Source of the DNA: Hyphomicrobiaceae bacterium
GTDB taxonomy: Bacteria; Pseudomonadota; Alphaproteobacteria; Rhizobiales; Hyphomicrobiaceae
Assembly: GCA_031409695.1 (NCBI GenBank)
Contig: JANNXS010000075.1
Location: 1 to 51,649, forward strand
DNA length: 51,649 bases
Direction of reading: 5' to 3'
Part shown: positions 9,400-18,799 of the stretch, one piece after another
Layout of the letters: the number at the start of each line of letters is the position of its first letter
How positions within the stretch are numbered: the first letter of the stretch is position 1
The notes under the pieces: model-generated
What the model saw: the letters and a program-made list of their open reading frames with translations, nothing else
Told to the model about the DNA's origin: nothing
The model's database searches: none
Made by a program: the position numbers and the translations under genes

Positions 9400-10524
9400 T
9401 CATAAGACCCCAAAAGCCGCAGCCCGCGCGGCTTCAATCGCCGCCGCCTGATGTGCCAGGAGCGGCGAGGCTGGGAGCCCGCTCATGCGCTTAGCAATCG
9501 CATTTTCGATTCCCGCCACATGGCCCGACAACGTCTCAAAGATCGGCAGTGCCAGGAACGGGGCTGAGGGCGCGTGATAGCCGCCCTCATGCGAGAGCAC
9601 GAGCCGGCCGCCGCATAAGTCTGCTGCAGCCGACTTCATCGCAGCCGTCATCCAGCGGAAATCTTCCGGCCCAAGCGTCATCCGGCCAAGTGCGTCGTGA
9701 TTGCCGGCATCCAGGCCGCTGGCGACGAAAATGAACTCTGGTTTAAATGCCTGCAGTGCCGGCAGGACAATCCTCTCAAATGCAGCCGTGTACGCACCTG
9801 TGCCCGATCCTGGCGGCAGCGGCACATTGATGGACGTGCCCTTGCCGCTGCCACTCCCCGTCTCGGAAATGGCGCCAAATGGCGGATTGCCCGCCTGCGG
9901 AAACAGCGCCTCCTGATGCAGCGAAATGGTCAGGACAGAAGGGTCGCCGTAAAACACCGTCTGCGTGCCATTGCCGTGGTGCACGTCCCAGTCGACAATC
10001 GCGATGCGCCCAACGCCGTGATTGGCCTGTAGCGCGCGCACGGCAACGGCTATGTTGTTGAACACGCAAAAGCCCATGCTCCCGTCAGGCCCGGCATGGT
10101 GTCCCGGTGGCCGCACGAGCGCATAGGCATTGGCGACTTGCCCGAGGACGACCGCCTCAGCCGCCGCCAGCGTCGCACCAGCCGCAAGCAATGCAATCTC
10201 ATAGCCACCAGCACTCGTGAAGGCGCTGAGGCCAAGTTGCCCGCCCTGCGCACCTGAAATGGCCTGCACCTCGGCCAAGTGCCGCGCCGTGTGCACGCGC
10301 CGGATATCCGCGACGGTCGCCGCCTCTGGCGTGATCACGGCGAGGTGCTGGGTAAAGCCGCTGGCATCGAGCAAATTCTTGATCCGGCGCTTTGCTTCCG
10401 GGTTCTCCGATGCCTCGCCTGGCTGCACCCATCCGATGGCCCGCATCGGGCCAGCGAAGGCGCCTCCGTCAAACCACATCATGCGCTCGTGCCAGACCAA
10501 CCCCGTCGCCAATTCGTCCGCCAT
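9400..10524 (-). CDS. Histone deacetylase-family amidohydrolase (HDAC class II-like / acetylpolyamine amidohydrolase-like)
   Basis: Motifs RPPGHHA, DWDVHHGNGTQ and SHEGGY. Start set at ATG 10524 (GGGGGAG Shine-Dalgarno upstream); the ORF track starts at a GTG at 10548. Confidence 0.9.
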   Translation of the reverse strand: MADELATGLVWHERMMWFDGGAFAGPMRAIGWVQPGEASENPEAKRRIKNLLDASGFTQHLAVITPEAATVADIRRVHTARHLAEVQAISGAQGGQLGLSAFTSAGGYEIALLAAGATLAAAEAVVLGQVANAYALVRPPGHHAGPDGSMGFCVFNNIAVAVRALQANHGVGRIAIVDWDVHHGNGTQTVFYGDPSVLTISLHQEALFPQAGNPPFGAISETGSGSGKGTSINVPLPPGSGTGAYTAAFERIVLPALQAFKPEFIFVASGLDAGNHDALGRMTLGPEDFRWMTAAMKSAAADLCGGRLVLSHEGGYHAPSAPFLALPIFETLSGHVAGIENAIAKRMSGLPASPLLAHQAAAIEAARAAAFGVL

Positions 10525-10759
10525 AGCGTCAACTCCCCCAAACGGCACGCATGGTCGAGCATCTCATATCGGGGGCCGCATGCAAGACGCGCTGACCACG
10601 TTGCCCGCGGCCTTACGCCAGACGCCGGTTGAATGAGGGACTGTCGACTTGAGGACTTGTGTCCGTACCCGCCCACCCGCATTGTGCCCTCCGCCAGGGT
10701 GCCACGCAGTGCGCCAGCTCGCATTGTAAACGGCGGCACGTCGAACAGCAGAGCCACCC

Positions 10760-11359
10760 ATGACCACATTGATTGCAGGCCTCGTCACTTTCATCGGCAT
10801 CCATCTGGTCCCGACCGTTCCGTCCTTGCGCGACAGCCTGCGCGAGCGTTTTGGTGCCAACGGGTATAAAATACTCTTCTCCGTGCTCTCGTTTGCGACG
10901 TTCATGCTGATTGTATGGGGCTATGGCGAAGCGCGACGCTTGCCAGCGGCAGTCAACCCGCAACTCTGGGTGCCACCAACCTGGGGCCGTCATGTCACGT
11001 ACCTGCTGATGCTCCCGGCCATGATCTGCCTCGTCGCGTCCAATGTGCCCTCACGCGTGCGCGATCTGGTCAAGCATCCGCTTCTGCTGGCAACGAAACT
11101 GTGGGCCCTTGGCCATCTGTTCGTGCGCGGCGATCTCGTCTCCTTGATTCTGTTTGGCTCGCTGCTCGCCTACGCTGTCTATGATCGCATCTCCGTTAAA
11201 AAGCGCGCCGCGCAAGGGGCGCAGGTGTCTGGGCCGCTTGGGGATCGCAAAGGACAGCTGATGGGCGACGTCGTCGTCATCGGCGGTGGTGTTGCGCTGT
11301 ATCTTGCCTTTGTGTTCTGGCTGCACGCTTGGTTCATCGGCGTCGCCATCGTGCGGTAA
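10760..11359 (+). CDS. nnrU: NnrU family membrane protein
   Basis: 199-aa polytopic membrane protein whose N-terminus (MTTLIAGLVTFIGIHLVP...) and length are typical of NnrU. Confidence 0.65.
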   Translation: MTTLIAGLVTFIGIHLVPTVPSLRDSLRERFGANGYKILFSVLSFATFMLIVWGYGEARRLPAAVNPQLWVPPTWGRHVTYLLMLPAMICLVASNVPSRVRDLVKHPLLLATKLWALGHLFVRGDLVSLILFGSLLAYAVYDRISVKKRAAQGAQVSGPLGDRKGQLMGDVVVIGGGVALYLAFVFWLHAWFIGVAIVR

Positions 11360-11378
11360 AGCATTCGGGGATGACGTC

Positions 11379-14309
11379 ATGCCAGATCTCGCCGATGCGA
11401 TCACCCGAGCGCCGGTCTTGCATGATCTAGCGCTCAGTGCCCGGCACCGGAGCGAGCTCGATCAGGTCATCGCCAACGACCCGACACTCACGGCCCTACG
11501 CGCGGTGCTCACGAAGCCCGCCGTTGCGGCTCTGTTAGATGGCGTTTTCAGTGCGTCGGCCTATCTCACGGGGATTGCGCTGCGGCGTCCAGCGATTTTG
11601 CAACGTGCGCTGACAGCCGATCCGTCGTTGCAGATGGCGGAGCGAGCCACGGAACTCGCACGCGACATGGCCCTGGCGACGACGCTGGCTGAGGCCATGC
11701 GGCCGCTGCGCCTGTTTAAATCCGATGCGGCACTCTTTCTGGCGCTCGCCGACGTTGGCGGCATCTACCCAGACGTTGAGGTATCGCGCGGGATCGCATT
11801 TGTGGCTGACACGGCCGTCCGCGAGGCCCTTAGGTTCTTGTTTCGCCAGGCGCAAGCGCGCGGCGACTGGCTCGAAGGCGCCCCCCAAGCAGAAACTCGG
11901 TCCGGCTACATGGTCATCGCCATGGGCAAGCACGGGGCGCACGAACTCAACTATTCCTCCGACATTGACCTGATCGTATTTTTCGACCCGGACAAGAGCG
12001 CCAGCAAACTTGCCGAAAAGCACGATCAACAAACCTTTTTTGTGCGCCTCACCCGTGATCTCGTGCGCCTGCTGCAGGAGCGGACCGAGCACGGCTATGT
12101 CTTCCGCACGGATCTGCGCTTGCGCCCAGATCCAGGTGCCATGCCGATCGCGATCCGCCGCGAGACAGCGCTCAATTACTACGAGAGCTTCGGCCAGAAC
12201 TGGGAGCGCGCGGCCATGATCAAGGCGCGCGTGATCGCGGGCGATTTTGATGCGGGCCAAAGTCTACTTGGCGAGCTGCGGCCCTTCATCTGGCGCAAGT
12301 ATCTTGATTTTGCCGCCATTGCCGACATTCAAGCCATGAAGCGACAGATCCACGCAGTGAAGGGCTTTGGCGAAATCCGCGTTGGCGGCCACAACATCAA
12401 GCTCGGTCGTGGCGGCATTCGCGAGATCGAGTTCTTTGTGCAAACCCAGCAGTTGATTGCCGGTGGGCGGCAGGTCGATCAGCGCTCGCCCGAGACTTTG
12501 CTGGCTCTAAGACAGCTCGAAGCGCGCAACTGGATCACGCCGTCGGTGCGCGAGGACCTGCACAAGGCCTACGTGCACCTGCGCACGATCGAACATCGAC
12601 TGCAAATGCTCGACGATGAGCAGACCCAGACGCTTCCCAACGATGCAGAGGGTCTCGCGCGACTTGCGCACTTTGCTGGATATGCTGACACGGCCGCATT
12701 TTCCGAGGCTTTGACCAAGACGCTCGAAACCGTGCAGCGCCATTATGTGCGCCTGTTTGAGAAGGCGCCTGCGCTCAGCTCCGGCACAGCCAATATGGTG
12801 TTTGCCGGCGAAGCCGACGATCCCGCAACATTGCAAGCGCTCGCTGACCTGGGCTTTGGCAAGCCGGCGGGTGTGATCGCCCTGGTCCGTGGCTGGCATC
12901 ATGGCCGCTATCGGGCCGTGCGTTCAGCCCGCGCGCGCGAACTGCTGACCGTCGTGCAGCCGCTGCTGATTTCAGCCATCGCCAAGACCGCCGATCCCGA
13001 CGATGCGATCCTGGCATTTGACCGATTTCTGTCTGAGTTGCCGTCTGGTGTGCAGTTGTTTTCACTGCTCAAGGAAAACCTGAGTTTGCTGGATCTGGTG
13101 GCGGCGGTCATGGGCACCGCGCCGCGCCTCGCAACGGTGCTCAGCCGTCACCGCCGTGTGCTTGATGCGGTTCTCGATCCGGGCTTCTTCGGCGCGCTCG
13201 CAAACCGCGATATGTTACGCGGCATTGTCAAATCTGAAATGGCGACAGCTACCGATTTACAGACGGCGCTCGAGCGCGCGCGCGCCGTCGGTCACGAGCA
13301 AGCGTTCCTGATCGGCGTGCGTGTGCTGACGGGCACCATCGAAGCTGACAGGGCTGGCGGCGCCTATGCGCTGCTGGCTGATCAATTGATCGACGCGCTC
13401 GCCAGCCGCGTGCAAGCGGAGATGGAGCGGTCCCACGGTCGTGTCGCGGGTGGCTGTGCCGTGGTCATTGCCATGGGCAAGCTGGGTGGCCGTGAGATGA
13501 CGGCATCATCGGACCTCGACCTGATTGTGGTCTACGATTTCCAGCCGAACGCTGTGGCGTCCGATGGACCAAAGCCCCTGGCACCAACGGAATACTATGC
13601 CCGTTTCACGCAACGCCTGATAGCGGCGTTCAACGCCCAAACGGCCGAAGGTCGACTGTATGAAATCGACATGCGCCTGCGCCCTTCCGGGCAGAAGGGA
13701 CCCGTTGCGACACAGCTGACAAGCTTCATCGACTATCAAGCCAAAGACGCCTGGACCTGGGAGCACATGGCGCTGACGCGCGCGCGCGTCGTGACGGGTT
13801 CGCCCGACCTCACAGCCAAGGTCGAGCGGACGATCAACGACACACTGACGCGGCCCCGAGACCGCGCCAAAATCGCCGCCGACGTGCGGGAAATGCGCGC
13901 GCTCATCGCGGCCGAAAAGGGCACAACCGACATCTGGGACCTGAAGCAAGTGCGCGGCGGTCTCGTGGATCTAGAATTCATCGCCCAGTATCTGCAGTTG
14001 GTGTCGGCTGCAGAAACCCCCGACGCGCTTGATCAGAACACGTCTCATGCCCTGGCGAAATTGCACGCGGCGGGCCACTTGGCCGCGGAACCTGCCGCTC
14101 AATTGCTCGCAGCTGCGACCCTGCTGCACAACTTGACCCAGGTGCTGCGCCTCTGCCTTGACGCGCCCTTCGATCCTTTAAAGGCGCCTGATGGCCTCAA
14201 CATGCTGCTTGCACGCGCGGCCAATCTGCCATCGTTTGCAGCGCTCGACGCACACCTGCGCGCGACCGTCGCTGATGTCGCGCGCCTGTTCGATGAACTT
14301 GTCCGTTGA
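11379..14309 (+). CDS. glnE: Bifunctional glutamine synthetase adenylyltransferase/adenylyl-removing enzyme
   Basis: Two nucleotidyltransferase repeats (GKHGAHELNYSSDIDLI and GKLGGREMTASSDLDLI), about 976 aa. Start moved to ATG 11379 to avoid overlapping nnrU. Confidence 0.93.
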   Translation: MPDLADAITRAPVLHDLALSARHRSELDQVIANDPTLTALRAVLTKPAVAALLDGVFSASAYLTGIALRRPAILQRALTADPSLQMAERATELARDMALATTLAEAMRPLRLFKSDAALFLALADVGGIYPDVEVSRGIAFVADTAVREALRFLFRQAQARGDWLEGAPQAETRSGYMVIAMGKHGAHELNYSSDIDLIVFFDPDKSASKLAEKHDQQTFFVRLTRDLVRLLQERTEHGYVFRTDLRLRPDPGAMPIAIRRETALNYYESFGQNWERAAMIKARVIAGDFDAGQSLLGELRPFIWRKYLDFAAIADIQAMKRQIHAVKGFGEIRVGGHNIKLGRGGIREIEFFVQTQQLIAGGRQVDQRSPETLLALRQLEARNWITPSVREDLHKAYVHLRTIEHRLQMLDDEQTQTLPNDAEGLARLAHFAGYADTAAFSEALTKTLETVQRHYVRLFEKAPALSSGTANMVFAGEADDPATLQALADLGFGKPAGVIALVRGWHHGRYRAVRSARARELLTVVQPLLISAIAKTADPDDAILAFDRFLSELPSGVQLFSLLKENLSLLDLVAAVMGTAPRLATVLSRHRRVLDAVLDPGFFGALANRDMLRGIVKSEMATATDLQTALERARAVGHEQAFLIGVRVLTGTIEADRAGGAYALLADQLIDALASRVQAEMERSHGRVAGGCAVVIAMGKLGGREMTASSDLDLIVVYDFQPNAVASDGPKPLAPTEYYARFTQRLIAAFNAQTAEGRLYEIDMRLRPSGQKGPVATQLTSFIDYQAKDAWTWEHMALTRARVVTGSPDLTAKVERTINDTLTRPRDRAKIAADVREMRALIAAEKGTTDIWDLKQVRGGLVDLEFIAQYLQLVSAAETPDALDQNTSHALAKLHAAGHLAAEPAAQLLAAATLLHNLTQVLRLCLDAPFDPLKAPDGLNMLLARAANLPSFAALDAHLRATVADVARLFDELVR

Positions 14310-14347
14310 CCGTTCTCTGGTGATCGTCGTGTGGCGTTGCGTCGTCG

Positions 14348-15112
14348 TCAACCGCGGCCTTCGAAAGGCATGTTCGTTGCCTTGATGGTCATGGTCAGAA
14401 TGTTCGCGTCGAGCGGCAGCGATGCCATATAGCGGATCGCCGAACCGCAGTGTTCAACGTCCATAACGGGTTCCGGCTGGATATCCCCGCGCGCCTGGGG
14501 CACGCCGGCTTTCATGCGTCCGCCCATGTTGGTGTCGGCATTGCCAACGTCGAGCTGGCCGCAGGCGATGTTGAACGGACGCCCATCGAGCGCGATGCAC
14601 TTCGTCAGGCCACTGATCGCATGTTTGGTCGCCGTATAGGCCGTCGAGTGCGGTCGCGGTGTGTGCGCCGAGATCGAGCCGTTGTTGACGATGCGTCCGC
14701 CTTGCGGGGACTGCTTTTTGAACTGACGAATGGCCTCCTGCGCGCACAGGAATGAACCTGTCAGGTTGACGTCTACGACTGCCTGCCAGGTCGCAAACGG
14801 CAGATCTTCAAGCGGCACAGCGGGGGCGCCCATGCCAGCGTTGTTGAACAGAAAATCCAACCGGCCAAAGGTATTCACAACATCGGCAAACAATGTCTTC
14901 ACATCAGCCTGCCGACCGACATCAGCCACAAAAGATAGCATTCGGCCGCCACAGGTCGCCGCCATCGCACAGGTCTTGTCGAGTTCCTCTTTGCGACGGC
15001 CGGTAACCGCGACGGTCCAGCCGTCACCTTGCAGCGCAAGCGCGGCTGAGCGTCCGATACCGGTGCCACCTCCGGTGATCAGTGCGACTTTTCCAATGCC
15101 GGGTAAGGCCAT
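14348..15112 (-). CDS. SDR-family oxidoreductase
   Basis: Cofactor motif [13 protein letters not shown] and the catalytic YTATK. Confidence 0.88.
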   Translation of the reverse strand: MALPGIGKVALITGGGTGIGRSAALALQGDGWTVAVTGRRKEELDKTCAMAATCGGRMLSFVADVGRQADVKTLFADVVNTFGRLDFLFNNAGMGAPAVPLEDLPFATWQAVVDVNLTGSFLCAQEAIRQFKKQSPQGGRIVNNGSISAHTPRPHSTAYTATKHAISGLTKCIALDGRPFNIACGQLDVGNADTNMGGRMKAGVPQARGDIQPEPVMDVEHCGSAIRYMASLPLDANILTMTIKATNMPFEGRG

Positions 15113-15177
15113 GATTGCGTGCTCCGTGTTGATCTTGCCGGGGTAGGATTAAGGCTGCCGTCAAACGGCGACCGGTT

Positions 15178-16047
15178 TTAAACGAATGTCCGTTTCAGCG
15201 CTTCAACGACGCCATTCGGCGTTGCCGCCACGGTGACACCCGCTGCTTCAAGCGCCGACCTCTTGCTCACGTAGCTGCCGAAGGTGCCGACAACAATGGC
15301 ACCAGCATGTCCCATCTTGCGGCCCTCAGGCGCGGCCGCGCCGGCAATAAACGCGGCGATCGGTTTTTTCATCGTCCTGGCGTAGTCGGCCGCCTCCTCT
15401 TCCAAGGCGCCACCAATCTCGCCGACGAGCGCGATGCGCTTGGTCCGCGGGTCCAGGTCCAGAGCCTTGAGTGCATCGAGCGTGGTTGTGCCAATGATCG
15501 GATCTCCCCCGATGCCAATAAACGATGACACGCCAAGGCCAGCCTGGGAGAGGTTGAGGCACAACAGCGTGCCAAGCGAGCCCGAGCGTGAGATCACCCC
15601 AACATCGCCCAATTGAAACACCTTCGAATTAAAGGCTGGCATGAAGCCAACGAAGGTTTCGCCGGTGGTGACAAGACCAGCCGTGTTAGGCCCGATGATC
15701 TGTACACCGCGCTCGCGCGCGGCCGCGAGCACATACATCGTGTCATGCACGGGAACGTGTTCGGTGAGGCAAACGATGGTCTTTACGCCAGCCGCGATGG
15801 CATCCAACGCCGCAGCCTTGACCCCGAGCGGCGGGATAAACATGACCGCGGTGTCGAGTGCGCCGACGGCCGCGGCGTCCACGGCTGAGCCCCACACCGG
15901 CTTTCCGAGATGTGTTTCACCGGCCCGTTTCGGATTGACGCCGCCCGCGATGTTGGTGCCGTAGGCAGCCATTTTCTCGGCCCAGAAAGTGCCTTGCTTG
16001 CCAGTGATGCCGAGCACGAGCACACGGTCTTTGCGGGTGATGATCAT
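15178..16047 (-). CDS. Succinyl-CoA synthetase alpha-subunit-like CoA-binding protein (orphan alpha subunit)
   Basis: 289 aa with GITGKQGTF (CoA-binding), SRSGSLG and the phospho-His loop MGHAGAI. Start moved to MIITRKDRV; the upstream 133 codons of the ORF are Arg/Ser/Pro-rich shadow sequence. Confidence 0.8.
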   Translation of the reverse strand: MIITRKDRVLVLGITGKQGTFWAEKMAAYGTNIAGGVNPKRAGETHLGKPVWGSAVDAAAVGALDTAVMFIPPLGVKAAALDAIAAGVKTIVCLTEHVPVHDTMYVLAAARERGVQIIGPNTAGLVTTGETFVGFMPAFNSKVFQLGDVGVISRSGSLGTLLCLNLSQAGLGVSSFIGIGGDPIIGTTTLDALKALDLDPRTKRIALVGEIGGALEEEAADYARTMKKPIAAFIAGAAAPEGRKMGHAGAIVVGTFGSYVSKRSALEAAGVTVAATPNGVVEALKRTFV

Positions 16048-16135
16048 GATGTCACTGGAAACGAGAGTTCGACCCGGCCAACGCTGTGCACGTGTTGACC
16101 TGCACCGCGGACAAGTCAAGCTTAGGTGGCGCCGT

Positions 16136-16606
16136 CTAGGCGGGGGGCTCAAATACGGGTGGCTCAAACACTTTGGCAAAGTTGGCGAAAAATTCATCGG
16201 CGTTTTTCTTGGCAACGCTTGCCACAAGGCGGCTGCCGAGTTGGGCGATCTTACCACCGACTTCGGCCTCGACGTCGTAAACGAGCCGCGTTTGTCCGCC
16301 GTCTGTATCTTCAAGACGCACCTTCGCGCCGCCTTTGGCGAAACCTGAAATACCACCGTCACCCTGGCCCACGATCCGGTAGCTGTTCGGCGGTTTAAGG
16401 TCGAGCAACTGCACGCGGCCTTTAAAGCGCGCCGAAACGGGCCCAATTTTCACCTTCGCGACCGCCTGAAAGGCATTGTCGTCGACGGCTGAGAACATCT
16501 CGCAGCCCGGGATGCACGCCTGCAGGACCCCGGGGTCATTGAGCCTGGCCCAAACGGTGTCCTTGTCAGCGGGGAGAACGAATTCTCCGTTTAAGCTAAG
16601 TGCCAT
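16136..16606 (-). CDS. CoxG-like SRPBCC family protein
   Basis: 156 aa; VAKVKIGPVSARFKGRV...GGKIAQLGSRL is characteristic of the carbon-monoxide dehydrogenase subunit G family. Confidence 0.8.
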   Translation of the reverse strand: MALSLNGEFVLPADKDTVWARLNDPGVLQACIPGCEMFSAVDDNAFQAVAKVKIGPVSARFKGRVQLLDLKPPNSYRIVGQGDGGISGFAKGGAKVRLEDTDGGQTRLVYDVEAEVGGKIAQLGSRLVASVAKKNADEFFANFAKVFEPPVFEPPA

Positions 16607-16723
16607 TGTCAGCCCTTGATCAACGGGTGTTGATGCTGGTCATGGGGCCACCACCGAAAGTGCGCAACAGCAATGATTGGCCAATGCTCGCGTGCGGTGT
16701 CTCCCGGAGATCAGGGGCCGTAC

Positions 16724-18268
16724 TCAGGCGGCCGACCGTCGAGCGGCCACAAGGGCGAGAAGTCCGGCCAGTGTCACGCCGGCCAGCATCAGCCACGCCT
16801 CGTTGGTCGCAAGCGTCAAGGCGGCGGCTTTGACAAGAGGCTGCGCCAGCGCCAGATCTTCAGCCGAGGGTGAGACGCCTGGCGGGGGCAATAAACTGAC
16901 GGGGATGCCCATGAAGTTTGCGGCCTCGACGTTGCCCGCCATCAGCTTGCGACCCAGGGCGTCGGCATGGTGGGGTGTGCGCAACCACAAAACCGTGTCT
17001 GTGACGGCGATACCGATGGCACCGCCTAGATTGCGCATCAAATTGAATAGTGCGCTTCCGTCCGGCACGCGCGCCATGTCGAGGGCGCCAAGGGCAAGGC
17101 GTGTTGGCGGGATCAGGCACAACATAATGCCAACGCCTCGCACAACCTGCGGCCAGAACATTTCGTTATAGTCCGTGGACGGGGTTTGCCACCCGCTCAT
17201 GGCCAGTCCCGCGGCAAATATGACCAGCCCGGCGGCCGTCAACACCCGCGCATCGGCACGCAATTCAAGCTGCACCACAGCCGGCGCTGCAACCAGCTGT
17301 GCCAGCCCGGTCACCAACATGACCAACCCGATGGCCAAGGGTCCGTGTCCGCGCACCAGCCCAAGAAACACCGCCATCAGATAAACGGTCGAAAACAGCC
17401 CGATCCCGAATAGAAAACTGATCACACTCGCAACGGTGAAATTGCGATCGCCGAACAACCGCAGATCGACGATTAGTTTGTCATGGCGCAGGGTGCGCAC
17501 GAGGAACGCCGTGGTCGACGCCAGAAACAAGATCGTGAGCGGCAGTGCCGGCAGGGCTAACCAGCCCTGTTGTGGCCCCTCTTTCAGCGCAATTTCGAGT
17601 GCGGCTAGGCCAATGGCAAGGCACCCGACCGCGATCCAATCGATCTGCCCCAACACCGCACGGTCACCGCGCCCCCGCGGCGCCAAGGCCGCGGTGATGG
17701 CAATAGCCAACGCACCCGGTGCGACGTTGACCAGGAACAGCCACGGCCAACTGTACGTCTGGGTGATGTAGCCGCCGATCGTCGGCCCAAGCGTTGGCGC
17801 CAGAACGGCCATCGCCCCTGCAACGGTCGTCGCCATGCCCTGGCTCGCCTTTGGAAACATCAGGAAGACCGAGGAAAAAACCAGGGGGATCAGGCAACCG
17901 CCAGCCAAGCCCTGGACAATACGGGCCGCCACAAGGCTTACGAAACCTGTGGCGAACGCGCACGCAATCGACGCCAGCGTAAAGACCGAAATGGCTATGA
18001 GAAACAAACCGCGCAACGACAAGGCGCGGGTCAAGAGCCCGGTCAACGGTATGGCGATCACTTCGGCTATGAGATACGCCGTCTGAACCCAACTCATCCG
18101 ATTTTCGGGAATGTCGAGCGCTTTGGCGATCGCGGGCAGCGAAGTGACGACGATTTGAATGTCGAGGATCGCCATGAACATGCCAAGGCACATGGCGAGG
18201 AAGCAGGTCCAGACGGCGAAACCCGCCGGCGCGACCACTTCGTCCGCGCCTAGACTTGGGCCGCTCAT
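16724..18268 (-). CDS. MFS transporter, DHA2 (EmrB/QacA, 14-TM) drug/metabolite exporter
   Basis: 514-aa polytopic protein with N-terminal DIQIVVTSLPAIAKAL and a DHA2-like layout. Its ATG overlaps the upstream gene stop (ATGA). Confidence 0.85.
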   Translation of the reverse strand: MSGPSLGADEVVAPAGFAVWTCFLAMCLGMFMAILDIQIVVTSLPAIAKALDIPENRMSWVQTAYLIAEVIAIPLTGLLTRALSLRGLFLIAISVFTLASIACAFATGFVSLVAARIVQGLAGGCLIPLVFSSVFLMFPKASQGMATTVAGAMAVLAPTLGPTIGGYITQTYSWPWLFLVNVAPGALAIAITAALAPRGRGDRAVLGQIDWIAVGCLAIGLAALEIALKEGPQQGWLALPALPLTILFLASTTAFLVRTLRHDKLIVDLRLFGDRNFTVASVISFLFGIGLFSTVYLMAVFLGLVRGHGPLAIGLVMLVTGLAQLVAAPAVVQLELRADARVLTAAGLVIFAAGLAMSGWQTPSTDYNEMFWPQVVRGVGIMLCLIPPTRLALGALDMARVPDGSALFNLMRNLGGAIGIAVTDTVLWLRTPHHADALGRKLMAGNVEAANFMGIPVSLLPPPGVSPSAEDLALAQPLVKAAALTLATNEAWLMLAGVTLAGLLALVAARRSAA

Positions 18269-18789
18269 CCAACGTGCTCTGGTAACGGGCCTAGCGGCTC
18301 GGCTTCGGCCAACGCCGACGCCTCAGCCTGAATGCGAACCCACAGCACGGCGGCATTGAGAACGGTAAAGATGATCGCGATCCAAAGCTGACCAAAGACC
18401 ATCGGCAAAGCGATCAACTCGGCGGCGACCACAAGATAATTGGGGTGATCGACAAATCGAAACGGCCCGCCGCGGACCCGGGCCTCGCCCGGCACCACAA
18501 TGATGCGCGTGGTCCAACGTTCGCCAAGCGTCGCAATGACCCAGACGCGCAATCCCTGCAGCACGACAAAAACGGCGAGCCACCACACATCCACGGCGGT
18601 CGCGGTGAACGCGACGTACCACAGCAGCACCAGCCAAGCCGCATGCATAACCACAATCGCCGGGTAGTGGCCGGGCGACTTTTCAACGCCGCCGCGGGCA
18701 AGGAGCCGCGCGGTGTTGCGGTTTGCGAGCACGAGTTCAGCCAAACGTTGCAGTGTCACAGCTGCGAGAATAAACATAGCGAGCGACAT
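18265..18789 (-). CDS. Isoprenylcysteine carboxyl methyltransferase (ICMT)-family membrane methyltransferase
   Basis: 174-aa membrane protein with C-terminal GPFRFVDHPNYLVVAAEL (ICMT/PEMT-type motif). Start moved to MSLAMFIL, 10 nt after the PKS stop. Confidence 0.7.
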   Translation of the reverse strand: MSLAMFILAAVTLQRLAELVLANRNTARLLARGGVEKSPGHYPAIVVMHAAWLVLLWYVAFTATAVDVWWLAVFVVLQGLRVWVIATLGERWTTRIIVVPGEARVRGGPFRFVDHPNYLVVAAELIALPMVFGQLWIAIIFTVLNAAVLWVRIQAEASALAEAEPLGPLPEHVG

Positions 18790-18799
18790 GGCCAAGACC

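Noticed and set aside
16048-16446. Long N-terminal extensions offered by the ORF track (SucD-like to 16446, type III PKS to 20056, ICMT to 18981, ankyrin to 33538, glnE from 11286, recR/coaD/secB extensions)
   Set aside because: The extensions are low-complexity and Arg-rich, overlap neighbouring genes or intergenic repeats, and have no counterpart in the respective protein families. Internal starts with Shine-Dalgarno sequences give family-typical lengths.
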